In this document: positions 42,589-59,923 of the stretch, one piece after another
Layout: each line of letters begins with the position of its first letter
Position numbering within the stretch: position 1 is the first letter of the stretch
Source: Neocallimastix sp. 'constans'
Lineage: Eukaryota
Direction: 5' to 3'
DNA length: 64,000 nt
Assembly (NCBI GenBank): GCA_050613775.1
Contig: JBODTK010000111.1
Location: 248,001 to 312,000, forward strand
Translations under genes and position numbers: made by a program
The notes under the pieces: generated by a model
What the model was told of the DNA's origin: nothing
Database searches by the model: none
The model's input: only the letters and a program-made list of their open reading frames with translations

Positions 42589-44671
42589 GTGATTTTTATT
42601 TAAAAAATTAATATAAATTTTATTAAAAAATATGTTTATAATATATTTATTATAAAAGGTAACTACATATATTTATGAGTATTAAATATAAAGTATATGA
42701 CAAGGACTTGATAATTAATCACGTAAACCTAAACTCTCCACATTACAGTTTTTTTATCTTATAATATTATTTAATGCTCTTTAGTATAACAATGATAAAA
42801 AAAAAAAAAAAAAAAAAAAATCTTATAGTGTATATCAATTTAATTATCTTTAGAAAATAGGATTCCGATACATATCATATTCCATAATTATTTTCAAAAG
42901 TTCCCTTTTCTTCATTGTATTATCATGACATATCATTAAGTTTAGTCTTTAAAGTCATTTCTTAATTTTAAGTAAATTATCATTTAATGTATTTTTTAAA
43001 AATATTATATAAATTTCTATATTTCAAATGAATTTTTCTTAATAATCTTTTAATAGATTTAATAGATATAATACTGAATAATTAAGAAATATATCTAATT
43101 ACTGGTGAATAGGAAAAAAAAATAAATTATATTCATAATATTTAAATGAATGAAATTAATCAAGAAAACTTTATGTAATACAGACCAATAAAATCAACTT
43201 TAGAAAATAGTTTTTACCAAACTAATTTTATTTACATTTAAAATCTGTTGTCTTCCATACATTCTAAATTAATATTTAGCCAATAACAATTAATATTATT
43301 TTGTATACATTTTTTTTTTTTTTTTTCTATTTAAATTAATAGTTATTGTAGTATAATATATTTAAATATATTATTTCATAGAAAAAAAATATATATTGTT
43401 AATACTTTTTTTTTTTTATTTTTATTATTATTTTTTTATGTAGTTATGCAATTAGTTATATAATTACTTTATTTTTTATTAACATTCAATTATTAGTATT
43501 GTCTTATATATATTTTTTATAGTAATTAAATTTATCTATAAGTTTATTTATTTATAATACTATTAATTATAAATGTTAGTATAAAAAAATAAAAACTATA
43601 ACTATTTTGATGATAAATACTTATTTTTATTATTATATCTATTTACATTTACAGAGGCAATTATTGAGAACCATTATCTTTATTTATTTATTCATTTATT
43701 AATTATTATTTTGTATAGACATTTTTTTATTAGTTAAAATATTTATTTTAAAATATATATATTTTTTCATTTCTTATATATATATAATTTATTTAAAATT
43801 TAGGGGATAATCATATCCAATAGAATTATTTTTTTCTCGTATATTTTTTTTTTTAAGCTTTAATTATTACTATATATGGTTATATACTTTATATATTGAA
43901 ATAAATATAATTAATATTAAACCAAATTTTTTATATCAATAAAAACACTAACAAAAAATATACGGATAAAATATTTTATAATAGATTAAATAGAATTAAT
44001 TAGAATTATTAAATATACTAAATTTTAATATTAAATTCTAATGTATAATTTTTTTTTTCTTTTTTTTAAAGGTTTAAATGCACTACATTGATTAAATACT
44101 TTAAAATATAAAAATAATAGCAATAAAGTAAAAGATAATCTACTAGACAAAGTGTAAAATCTATAATATGAAAATTTTGATATAAATTACAAAATATGTT
44201 GTTATAAACTTTTTATAAAAGGAAACATTATTAAAAGATAAAAACAAAGTATAAATACTTTTTATTTAATTATTTTTTTTAATATATGCTTTATTAAATT
44301 ATATGTTTTATTTATTTATTTATTTATTTTTTTTTTAATTATTTGCTTCTATTTTTGAAAATTCTTCTTAAATATTTAATCATATTTTATATAAATTATT
44401 TTATGAAAATGAGTATTATTATTAATTATATAATTATATATTTTAAATAAATTATTTTATAACTTTTTTTCTTAATTAAATTATTTAAATTATTATTATG
44501 AAATTTTAAAAGATAAATTTATTATCTTATATGTTATTATTAATCATTTTAATAGTAATTTATTTTTTTTTTTTTTTTTTTTTTGATTTTTGCTAAATAA
44601 AAATATTAAAGAAAAAATTATTTATTTTATTATAAATAATTTTTTTTCCCTTGATGCATTTGATAATTTAT

Positions 44672-46036
44672 TTACCAACCACGTTGAGCAAGAGTTTCTG
44701 ATTCTGGTAAACTATCACAGTTGATACCAACCATAGCTGGACCAAGATCTTCACTAACTTCAGCTAAAATCTTTGGATCATTGTAATGGGTAACAGCTTG
44801 AACAATAGCTCTAGCACGCTTAGCTGGATTACCACTCTTAAAGATACCAGAACCTACAAAAACACCATCCATACCTAATTGCATCATTAAAGCAGCATCA
44901 GCTGGAGTAGCAACACCACCGGCAGCAAAGTTAACAACTGGAAGTCTACCATATTGAGCAGTTTGCTTAAGAAGGTGGTATGGAGCACCAATTTCCTTAG
45001 CATAGGCATATAATTCTTCTTCAGTCATACTTTGAGCCTTACGGATATCAGACATAAGAGTACGGGCATGACGAACAGCTTCAATAACATCACCAGTACC
45101 AGCTTCACCTTTAGTTCTTATCATAGCAGCACCTTCATTAATTCTTCTTAAAGCTTCACCAAGGTTTCTACAACCACATACATATGGTACTTTGAATTGA
45201 CGCTTGTCAACATGATTCTTGTCATCAGCTGGAGTAAGTACTTCACTTTCATCAATGTAATCAATACCAATAGCTTCTAAAATCTATATTAAAAATAATT
45301 ATTAATATTACTATAATAATATTTATGTATTTTATTTTATTATTGTGTAAATATTTATATTTATATCTAATAAAAAAAATTATTTTTTTTATTATACATA
45401 CTTGAGCTTCAACAAAGTGACCAATTCTACATTTAGCCATAACTGGAATAGTAACAGCTTCCTTAATAGCCTTAATAATCTTTGGGTCTGACATACGAGC
45501 AACACCACCGTCCTTTCTGATATCAGCTGGGACTCTTTCTAAAGCCATAACAGCACAAGCACCGGCTTCTTCAGCAATTCTGGCTTGTTCTGGATTTACA
45601 ACATCCATAATAACACCACCCTTTTTTATATATTTTTTTTTTTTAAATACCATAAATAAATTTTTCATTTATTTTTTTTTATAATTAAAATATTTATTAA
45701 TATTTTATTAATCTCATTTGTTTTAGGAAGTTAAGTTATTTTATTTATATTTATGTCTATTTTTTATTTTTTATTTTTTATCTTTTTATTTTTATCTTTT
45801 TTTTATTTTTTTTTTATTTTTTTTAATTTCGTTTTATTTCTATTTTTATGTATTTTTATTAATCATTTTTCTTTTAAAATGAAAAAATGTATAATTATTT
45901 AATAACACTATACCTTTAAATTTTGAGCAAGACCAGCTTTAAGTTGGAATGCAGCAGCATATTCTTCTTCAGTTTTGTATGCTGGTTCTGGTCTTCTTTG
46001 GACACTAATTAAGTTAGCTGGGGTTTGGAAAGACAT
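44672..46036 (-). CDS. PDX1: Pyridoxal 5'-phosphate synthase subunit PDX1/SNZ, 3 exons, ~317 aa
   Basis: Exons 46036-45914, 45620-45402 and 45283-44672. Motifs: [99 protein letters not shown]. Confidence 0.97.
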
Positions 46037-46094
46037 TTTATTATTATTGTTATTGCTATTAAAATATTATTATATAAGTTAATTTGAATTATAG

Positions 46095-46130
<36 letters not shown>

Positions 46131-48544
46131 TGAATTTTAGTATTTTATATATGTATTAGAAATTATTTTAAACCTATTAAATTGATCTATTTTAAATTAG
46201 AATATATTGATTAAAAATTATATTTAAATCAAAAATTAAATATAATACTTTTAATATACACATTATATTATACGCTATAAATTAGAAGAATGTAAAGAAA
46301 ATAACTTAATGTATTGTATATATTGTGACTTTTGATATTTATATTGTAATAACTTTATATTATTTTAATTATTTATATTATTTGTACTTTTTTTTTTTAA
46401 AAAAAATATATATATAAATAAATATAAAAATAAATAAATAAAAAAGAGAAAATTATTAATTACTAATAAGGTTAGTAAATTTAAATAATATGCATTTAAA
46501 ATTTTTATATAATTGATTGACAGTTTAATCTATTTAATTTTTTTTAAATATTCCAATATATTCATATGAAGTTTATAATTGAATTAATTTAATTAATATA
46601 TAAAATAAAAGTATAAAATATAAAAAAAAAAATTATATATAATATATATAATATATAAAAAATATATATTTATTATTTATCCATTTATTTATAAATAATA
46701 TATTACTTTATACTAAATAATTTATAAAATAAATACTTGATTGGCATGAGAATGTATATTCCATCATTTGATCTTATTGAGGAAAAATAAACTAAAGAAG
46801 TATTAATATTTAGTATTCATAAATATATAAAATTTGGTTATATATATATAATAATATATTGGCATTATCAGTTTTATTAATTTTGAAAATATTGATAATA
46901 TAAATAAGAGAATATATGTTAAGTGTTTTATATATATTTTAAAGTTTTATAATTAATTATTCAACTTTTATTTTAAGGTTAATTTATATATGTATAACTA
47001 TGCTCAATTATGGTTAATTTAAATCCATATTAATAATTTTATATTTTTTTATATCCGAAAAAATAATATATATTTATAATTAGTTAATTATAAACAAATA
47101 AATAAATAAACATTCAAATAAATAAATAAATAATATTTTAATAATAATTATAATAGTAATTTATTTATAAAATTATATCTCAAAAATTTTAATGATAAAT
47201 ATACATTATTATAATTCTGTACTATTAAAATCTTGATGACTTTTTTTTTAATCATTAAATATTTGTTTTAAAATAATAAAATATTATTTTATTATAAATA
47301 TATAATAATAATAATAATTTTTATTTACTTGAATTCATTAATAAATCTATTTTAATTTATTTCAAAAAAAAAAAAAAAATAAAATAAAATAAAATAAAAT
47401 GTTTATATGTACATATAAATATACATAATTATAATAAATTTAAAGGCGTATTATTTAATAAATAAACATAAACAGATAAATATTAATAAAATACAAGTTA
47501 TTATCATAAGTAAGAACAAATAGTTGAAAACTAGTAATATATAATAAATGTTTGCTTATCGTTGAATGGTCAATTTTGATCTATTAATAATCTTATATTT
47601 TTTTATATCCGAGATAGCATGTAGGATCATAATTAGTTAATAAAATCAAAATTTAAAATTTAGATGTTATATATAAAGAAATAATCATAAAATATTTATT
47701 GAAAATAAACGAAACAGTTTCATATATATATTTGATTTGTATATTATATTAATTTTATTAGATTATCTTTTGCATATTCTAGAAATCTAGATTTAAAAAC
47801 TCTAGATAATTATCTAATAATATAATTATATTTAAATCTTTCAATAATCTTTCAATAAATCATATCAGTAATAAAAAACTTTTTTAATAATTTGTTATAT
47901 TTGAATAATAATTATTATTATTAGTTTTAATTCATTTAGTTCTGTCCATTTAACCCATTCATTCTTATTTATTTAAGGTTATTAAGGTGTTTTTTTTTTT
48001 TTTTTTAATAAAAATTGAATCATCTCTGCTAGATATATAAATATTTTCGACCGTGGGGTTCCAAATTAAACATGTTATTATAGATGTAATACAATAATTC
48101 GTAATCCCTAAGTGCTTAACTTTTTCTTGTTATATAAAGATTTTGATAACCTAATCCATATTAATATTCATTTAGGGTTGATTATTTCTTTTATTTGGAA
48201 AAACTATAAACTTGGCTCTTTTTATATATAATTACTTTCTTACCCAAAACTTAAAAATATTTTTATTTTCTTTTCATAGCTTATTGTTTGATTTATTAAT
48301 TATTTAATATTTATTTATTTAGATTCTATAAGGGTTAATATGAGTAATATTATAACTATAGTTGAATTAGTTAACTATTGAAACTCTAGTTAATTTTATT
48401 ACTCGTTTCATTAAAAATATTATGATTTCTAAATTTATAAAAAACAAAATAATTCGACTGAAACTTAACGGAATATATTAAGTATTAATAAATAATAAAT
48501 ATATAACTCCTTTTTTTAAAAAAAATAATTATTATATAAAAACC

Positions 48545-48800
48545 TTTTTTTTTTTTTTTTTTTTTGAACTGGGATTGACGAGAGGGAAGACAATATTACC
48601 TACAGTCTCTCATTTAAAGGTATCAGACTCTTATTGGATTTTTTGCCATACCGTTTCGGAGCAACACTAATATTCTCACTAGCAGTTATATGGTCTATCA
48701 ACATTATATTGTCTATCAACCAACTTTATTTAGAGGGGAAAACACAATGGAAGGATGAAAATCACACCATATAAATTCAGGAGGTAGTTGAGAATTGATC
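48545..48800 (-). mobile_element. SINE-like element family A, copy 3 (internally deleted, head-truncated)
   Basis: After a long T run, gaactgggattgacgagagggaagacaata...cagtctctc...accgtttcg...ggatgaaaatcac...taaattcagga.gtagt matches 17586-17945. Confidence 0.75.
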
Positions 48801-49614
48801 TAGAAATATATTTAAAATATTATTGAAAATATTATTAATAATAAATATTACAATATTTTGATAAAATATTATTAATATATATATATATTCTATAATTTAT
48901 AATATTGCGTTTGTCTCTTTTCTTTTAATTATTTATGTTATTTATTTATTATTATTACATAATTATTCATATGTTATATACTACATGTATATATGTTTTT
49001 TTGAATTTTTTAAAAAGATTTTATATTTGATATAATTTAGAATTATATAATATAATTATTCCATAAAAATTACCAGTTAATTTATTTAATATTTAATATT
49101 TAAATATAAAAAAATTTAAATAAATAAATAAAATAATAATAATAAAAAAAAAAACGGATTTATTAATTATTTCCCTTATTAATATAGATATAATAACCTC
49201 TTAAAGGGCAGGAATTTTTTTGGTATGTTGACAATACATACTATGAAAAAAGTGTTATTATTTTAATTCAAATTAATATAAAATAGATATCATAATCTAT
49301 AGTTACTTTTAATAATTTGTTTTAAATTTATTAGTATAATGTCGTTAGTGCTAATTTATTAGTATAATATCTGTAGTCTATTGGCTTGATTCTTAATTTA
49401 ATCAAATTAATAATATTTTATAAAGAATGTCATATGAATATAATAGTTAGTTAATTCATTAGTTAATAAGAACTTGCATTAAAATATTTATTATATTTAG
49501 TATTTGTAAAATAAAAAATTTGAAAAACAAAAAAAATTTTTTTCTTCTAATTAGTTTTTACATATAGATTTAGTTTTGTTCTTTATTTTCTTTCCTTTTT
49601 TTATAAGGAATAAT

Positions 49615-50150
49615 AAAAAAAAGATTGACTCCTATCAAAACGATATGTTCTCATTTGAATGTAAAGATGATAAATAATTATGTTTATTTATATAACATTT
49701 TTTTAGGCTCTAATATGTATATTAATTAAAGTTCTCTATGAAGAAGCTTTAAATAAACTTAAAATCACAACAAAAACCAGTAATTGGAATGGTTTAATGA
49801 AAAATTTTGAAAATTTTAAAAAAATTTTACAATATACATGAGAAAACACTGATGATAAAGTTTTTCAATTAATGGAAGAATTTTATGATAATGAAAAAAA
49901 TAAATCTTATAATAGTAAATAAGTTTTGAAATTTTGCCATAGACAAGCCTATTATTGTAGTTAATAAATATAAAACTTGACTTTAGTGTAGCATATGCTG
50001 ATATATTATATATTCCAATTGAAATTCTGGACATCCAGCATTAATCATTGAATTAAAATATGATAATGTATAAACAATTATTAAACAAATAAAAGACCCG
50101 AAAATATCCACAAAAACTATAATGTTATCTAGGTAAAAGAACTATATTCT
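49615..50150 (+). pseudogene. Decayed C-terminal part of an AAA-ATPase / PD-(D/E)XK nuclease (PDDEXK_9-type) gene
   Basis: Frame-broken translation yields KIDSYQNDMFSFECKDD, then AYADIIYIP..., GHPALIIELKYD, IIKQIKD.KYPQKL and YLGK, with stops and frameshifts. Confidence 0.7.
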
Positions 50151-51024
50151 ATCCTGGTTGTTAGTCCGTGGGCTAACATAAGTAAGTCTCCTTTTTCGAT
50201 TTCGCCCTTTGACCATTTCAAGTTTTCCTCACAAGAGGTTTTTACGAAATATACTGGTTAGGGTTGCAGGTAAAGTTTCCCCCTTATATATATATAATTC
50301 CCAATCTCCGATGTAATATAGACAAGATAGTGTCCTGAGAGGATTGGGCAAATACTATCATTTAATATATTTTCAAGGGAATTCCTAGCATATGAATACA
50401 TATCATGTGTCTTTTTAGATATATATTCTACTAGAAGTATTATGTTAAAAAGTTGCATTTCGGAATGTGGACTTTATATAAAATATGGCGTATTAAAATA
50501 AACTGTTTATGTAAGAGTGGCTTAAATTATATTAAATAAATATTATTTTAAAGATAAATATATTATTTTAAAAATATATATATAAATATATATATACATA
50601 TACTTCATAATATTTAATTTTAAAAATATAAATTACATTTATGTTTTTTATTTATAAGAATATATGATTTAATGATATTTATATATGCAAAATATATTAG
50701 ATGGATTATACATATTTCAATAATGTTTTAATATTAACTATATAAAAGAGGTTTAAAGAGGTTTATAAAAATAAAAAAATTTCAAAACTATATTCATAAA
50801 CTCTATAAACTATATATTTTTATAATAAATCCTATTTATATATAATAAACTATTTAATATTTAAAATTAAAATAGAAGTTTTAAAAATAAAAATGTTAAT
50901 TAATTAAAATGATAATTAAATTTGTAAACTAAAAATACTAATTTTCTAACAATTAAAAAAAAAAAAAAAAAAAAAAAATTAAAATTAACCCATTCATATT
51001 TATTTCAAATTTTATTTATTTATT

Positions 51025-51398
51025 GGGCATTTCGCCAAATTGCATTTCGCCAATTTTTTTGAAAACATGTGGCGTATTAAAAAAATGTGGTATTTCGCCA
51101 AATTGCAATTCAACAAGTTGCATTTCACCAAATTGAAAATTATTAAATAAATAAATAAATCAATAAATAAAATTAAATATTATTAATATCGCATAAAAAC
51201 AATTTTAAAAAAAATATATTTTGAATTAATATTTATTTATTTATTCATTTATTTATATCAATACTCTACTTGTCGAAATGCAACCTGGCGAAAAGCAACT
51301 TGGGGAAATGCAACTTGGGGAAATGCAACATTTTAATACTACGCCACTTGTCGAAATACAACCTGGCGAAATGCAATTTGGGGAAATGCAACTCTCCC
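51025..51398 (+). mobile_element. Foldback/MITE family B with inverted arrays of ~15-bp subrepeats
   Basis: Left arm carries gcatttcgccaaatt-type repeats. Right arm carries the inverse aac(c/t)tgg(c/g)gaaatgc repeats and ends gcaactctccc. The spacer is AT-rich; no clear TSD. Confidence 0.8.
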
Positions 51399-51439
51399 AG
51401 CTGGTATGTATCTCAATAGGTTAGGTTATATTGCTTTAA

Positions 51440-51812
51440 AGGGAATCTAGTGCGTTTAGCAATAATGAATTTCATATTGTGGCTTATTATTGTATGTGGC
51501 TTTTTATAATAATCAAATAATTAATAATCAAATAAATAATAATCAAATAAATAATAAATATTCTTTTTTTATATATATAATTTATTAATATTCAATTATA
51601 AAAATAATTTTTTCTAATTCTTTTTTAATAGAATATATTATTATTTCTTTTGAAATAGTTATTTAATAATATTTAATTGAAAAAAAAATATATTATTATT
51701 TCTTTTAAAATAATAATTATTTATATATTCGTTTATGATTGTATAATATCTTAAAAATGTATGGCTTTATTTAAAAAATTTTATATGCCACATTGCGAAA
51801 TGCACTATCCCT
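51440..51812 (+). mobile_element. Kolobok-like MITE family C (TTAA TSD)
   Basis: TTAA (51436-51439)-AGGGAATCTAGTGCGTTTAGCAAT ... ATTGCGAAATGCACTATCCCT-TTAA (51813-51816); imperfect TIRs with RR...YY termini. Confidence 0.78.
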
Positions 51813-51816
51813 TTAA

Positions 51817-51925
51817 AGGGAATCTAGTGCTTTTCACAATGTGGCGTATTTTTATATGTGACTTGTTTTTAATAATCAAATAAATGATAATTAATAAATA
51901 ATAATTAAATAAATAATAAATATTT
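51817..51925 (+). mobile_element. Second, truncated head-to-tail MITE family C copy
   Basis: Restarts agggaatctagtgc...caatgtggc immediately after the shared TTAA. Confidence 0.7.
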
Positions 51926-53535
51926 ATTGATAAAATATTGCTTGATCATTCTTTCTATTAGGTTAATATAAATAATTTAAAATATCTTTTATCTTCTTAT
52001 TCAAAATATTATATATATATATATATATAATAGTAGTTCTATATTAATAAATTAATTTTTACAGTATTATATAGTTATATATAAAATATAGATTTCGTGT
52101 TAATTATTCATCTTATAATAGGTAAGTGAAATAAAAATATAATAAAATTAGTCATCTTTTGGGAAAGTACTGCTTAATAGATGGGATTTTAATTTACTCA
52201 AGCTATAAAATAAAATCAATAAGAAAATATTAATAAATATTAAGGTGAGATTTCAACGCACTAGAACATTGTTTGAATATGAAAAGGGTCGAGAAATTAA
52301 ACCAAGTTATTGTAGTGAACTATATTCCATGTAAATAATATAATAAAAAAACCTTTATAATACATATCAAATAAACTCATTTTTATTTTATAACTATATT
52401 TCTATATTTCTTAATATTCATTTTCCATATAAAAAAAAGTTTAAAAATATTTATTGGAATAAAAAATATTATTATATAATATGTTAAATATAAATAAATG
52501 AATAAATGAAAAAATGAAATGAAAAAATGAATAAATAAAAAAATACTTTATAATAAATTTTTATAAAATTTTAATTATATTAAAAATGAATTAATAAAAA
52601 ATAAGTATTTTTAAAAAAAAATAAAGATAAGAAAACATTAAAGATTTCATTAATTAAAATTTGACCAATGAAATTCATGTAATATTTTTCCTGAATTATA
52701 AAATAATAAATTATAAATATTATTAAAATATATTTAATTTAATAATACATCTCTATATTTAAATAAATTTAAATATTATATAATTAATATGACCTTTAAT
52801 GTTTAATCCATATCTTTTTTTTTGTTATAATTTAATGTGATTCTCAGATGTAGTTGTTGTTGATAACTAATTAGTATTAGTATTAATATTTTTATTTTCA
52901 TTATTTTTTTAATATATATATAAACTTAAAAATGTATCATATATATAATAATATAATTTAACTTAATAATATTTAATTAAATTTTTTTCTTGATAATCTA
53001 AAATTAATATAATGAAAAAATTATAATTAAATTTTTTTTTATATTATATTCATTTTGCCATATAAAAAAAAATTGATTTTTTTTTTCTCGTTATTTATCT
53101 CGTTAAAAATCATATTAGTAATACTAACATTAATTAGTTACAGTAATAGTATTATATAATATTTTGTAAATTAAAAGTATAAATAAAAATATTTTTTAAT
53201 AATATATATATTTTTTAAAAAAATAAAAACTAGTAAGTTATTATATTATTATTGTATATATATATATATTTTTTTTATTACTATTTTTATATAGGTTTTA
53301 ATGTTAAGAAATTTTGTTGTAATAGATTTAATTAAATTATTATTAGTTATTTTTCTTCTTTACTAATGTAATAATATCAAATTTTATGAAAAATATTAAT
53401 ATTAAAATATTAGTGAAAAGTAAATTTGTATTAAGTAATATTATTATTTAAGAATAATGAAATTTAATCATTTTATTTTTAAATTCTAATATTTTATTTT
53501 TATATTTGAAATGAAATTTATTCATTAATTTTACA

Positions 53536-53582
<47 letters not shown>

Positions 53583-54004
53583 AAAAAAAAAAAATAATAA
53601 AAAAAAATAAAAAGTATAATTAGTATTGTCATAAATTTAATATTTTTATTTATTTTTCCATTTAATTAGAATAATAATAATAATAACAATAATAACAATA
53701 ATAACAACAACAACAACAACAATAATTTTTATTTTTATTATTATTTTCGAAAAATACTTTAAGAAAGGATGAAAATAAAAAAAAAAAATTATAAATTTCA
53801 GAAATTTAATTTTATTTTATATTTTGTTTATCGATGAAAATTCTTTTGGAATTAAATTATTATTATTAATTTAATTATAACTAATATTATTGAATTTTCT
53901 GTTATATATAATATATATTAATTAATAATATTATTATTTTTGTAATAATGACATTTAATTCAATAGTTTAGATAGAATAAAATTAAATAGCTCATATTAA
54001 TAAA

Positions 54005-57915
<3,911 letters not shown>

Positions 57916-58473
57916 ATGTATATTATTCATTTCAATTTATAATAAAAAGGTTTATTCTGAATTTTTTTAATATATAAATCTATTATATATTATATCTGTA
58001 CAATTTTTTTTTTATCCTAAAAAAAAAAAATTCATTTAAATAATATAAATAATATTAATAATAATAAGAAAATAATATGTATAAAATGATAATATAATAA
58101 TTATATATTAACAATCTTTAGAATTATATAAAATTATTTAACAAATATATATATATTATGTATATATCTATATTATTTCATTTTATTTTAATTTTTTTTT
58201 TTTTTTAATATAATGAATTTATCATTTAATAAAAATAATATAATATATATATGTCAATATGTAAGAATATGTAAGATTATTTAATACTATGTCTATTAAA
58301 AAAAAAAAAAAGAAAAAAAATTTTTTTTTGTTTGGTAATTATTATATATATGAATTCAAACCTTTAAAAAAATTTTTTTTTTTTTTTTTTTGCTTGTTAT
58401 TTTTACCAATAATACATAAATACATAAATAAATAAATTAATAAAAAATAAAAAAATAAAAAATAAAAATAATA

Positions 58474-58530
<57 letters not shown>

Positions 58531-58611
58531 CAATAGATAAATACCGTAAATATATATATATATTATTCTATTTATTTATTTAGAGAGTTATTTCAACTAT
58601 TTATTCTATTC

Positions 58612-58832
58612 TATTTTATTTTATTCAATCTGTACAATCTGTACTTTAATTATAATTCATTTACTACTATTTATTTTGTTTTATTCAATCTGTACTTTAA
58701 TTATAATTCATTTACTACTATTTATTTTATTTTATTCAATCCGTACTTTAATTATACTCAATATTCTATTATTTATTTTATTTTATTCAATCTGTATTTT
58801 AATTATATTCAATGTTCTATTATTTATTTTAT
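58612..58832. repeat. Minisatellite, ~51-bp unit x4
   Basis: Unit ttttattcaatc(t/c)gta(c/t)tttaattata.(t/c)tca...t.ctatt(a)ttta. Confidence 0.8.
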
Positions 58833-58869
58833 TTTATTTTATTTTTTTATTTTTTTATTATTATTATTA

Positions 58870-58901
<32 letters not shown>

Positions 58902-59023
58902 GAATATAAATTTTTTTTAGTTCTTTAAAATAATAAATAATAAAATTTATTAATAAAACTAAAATTATATATATAATTTATATATATATAATTTTTAAAA
59001 TATTTTTAAACTATGAAGAATAT

Positions 59024-59535
59024 AAAAATAAAAAAAAAAAAAAAAAAAAAAAAATACATCGATATACATCTAATGGGTACCCATCTTCCATTGGTGCCTC
59101 AACAATTATTACTGTAAATTTGATGACACATGGCATAAAAGTGAAGTGTCACCGTCCATAACATGTCGTTACTCGTCTGCCCGGAGCTGAAATCCCCATA
59201 CATTCTTACATATATCTCCTATTGACCATGAGTATCAGAACAGGGAACCACTGACTCCCCCCAGTGAGTGTAATCATTGGAGTGTTGAAATTTGTCCCTC
59301 TTAATTCCTATAGAATTCAATGGAGACATCATCATGGCCTACGATTAAGTCGTAGTGTATGTAGTATCAGAGATGGGTGAATAAGCATCCAAAGGAAAAG
59401 TCTTTTAGATACCACTGAGATTGCATAATACCTCAGGATAGAAAACTTCAGTGCTTATTTGGTGCCACGTCGGGGATTCAAACCCCGGCAACTACAGTAA
59501 CCTTGTAATGTCCTGACCGATTGGACCAACATGGT
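59024..59535 (-). mobile_element. tRNA-derived SINE with complete tRNA+CCA head, structured body, poly(T) tail and ~14-bp TSD
   Basis: TSD actatgaagaatat (59010-59023 / 59536-59549). The minus-strand head 59535-59460 folds as a cloverleaf with A box TGGTCCAATCGG, B box GGTTTGAATCC and terminal A-CCA. The ~400-bp body is GC-rich. The ~30-nt T tail appears as an A run at 59024-59054 on the + strand. Confidence 0.88.
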
Positions 59536-59664
59536 ACTATGAAGAATATTATTTTAATATTTTTTTTTTCTTCTTTCTTTTTCTTTTTCTTACTATTTAA
59601 TCAATTTAAATATATTATTCATATTATTTCTTTCATTCTTTTTTATATGCAATAATTACTATTC

Positions 59665-59698
<34 letters not shown>

Positions 59699-59923
59699 TT
59701 ATGTTTTATTTTGATTTGAGATTGTTTCTAGATGTATTTTTACTTTAATATCAAAAAAAAAAAAATTTTTTTTTATTTTATTTATTTGTTTATTTTCTTA
59801 TCTAATATATTACTAATTATTATTATTATTTTTTTTTTTTTTATTAATTTGTATTATTATTATTATTTTTATCTATTTCTTAAATTAATATTATTAAAAA
59901 AATTTTTTATTTGTTTATTATAT

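Noticed and set aside
41650..43300. Possible decayed membrane-protein gene on the minus strand
   Set aside because: Slightly higher complexity, but no recognisable motif or sustained reading frame.
45622..46800. Riboswitch in the PDX1 intron or leader
   Set aside because: Near-pure A/T sequence with no TPP-aptamer core or stable structure.
59460..59535. Functional tRNA-Asn(GTT) gene
   Set aside because: Lacks U33, has a TTTGAAT T-loop and an A:C first pair, encodes CCA, and lies inside a TSD-flanked element; treated as a SINE head.
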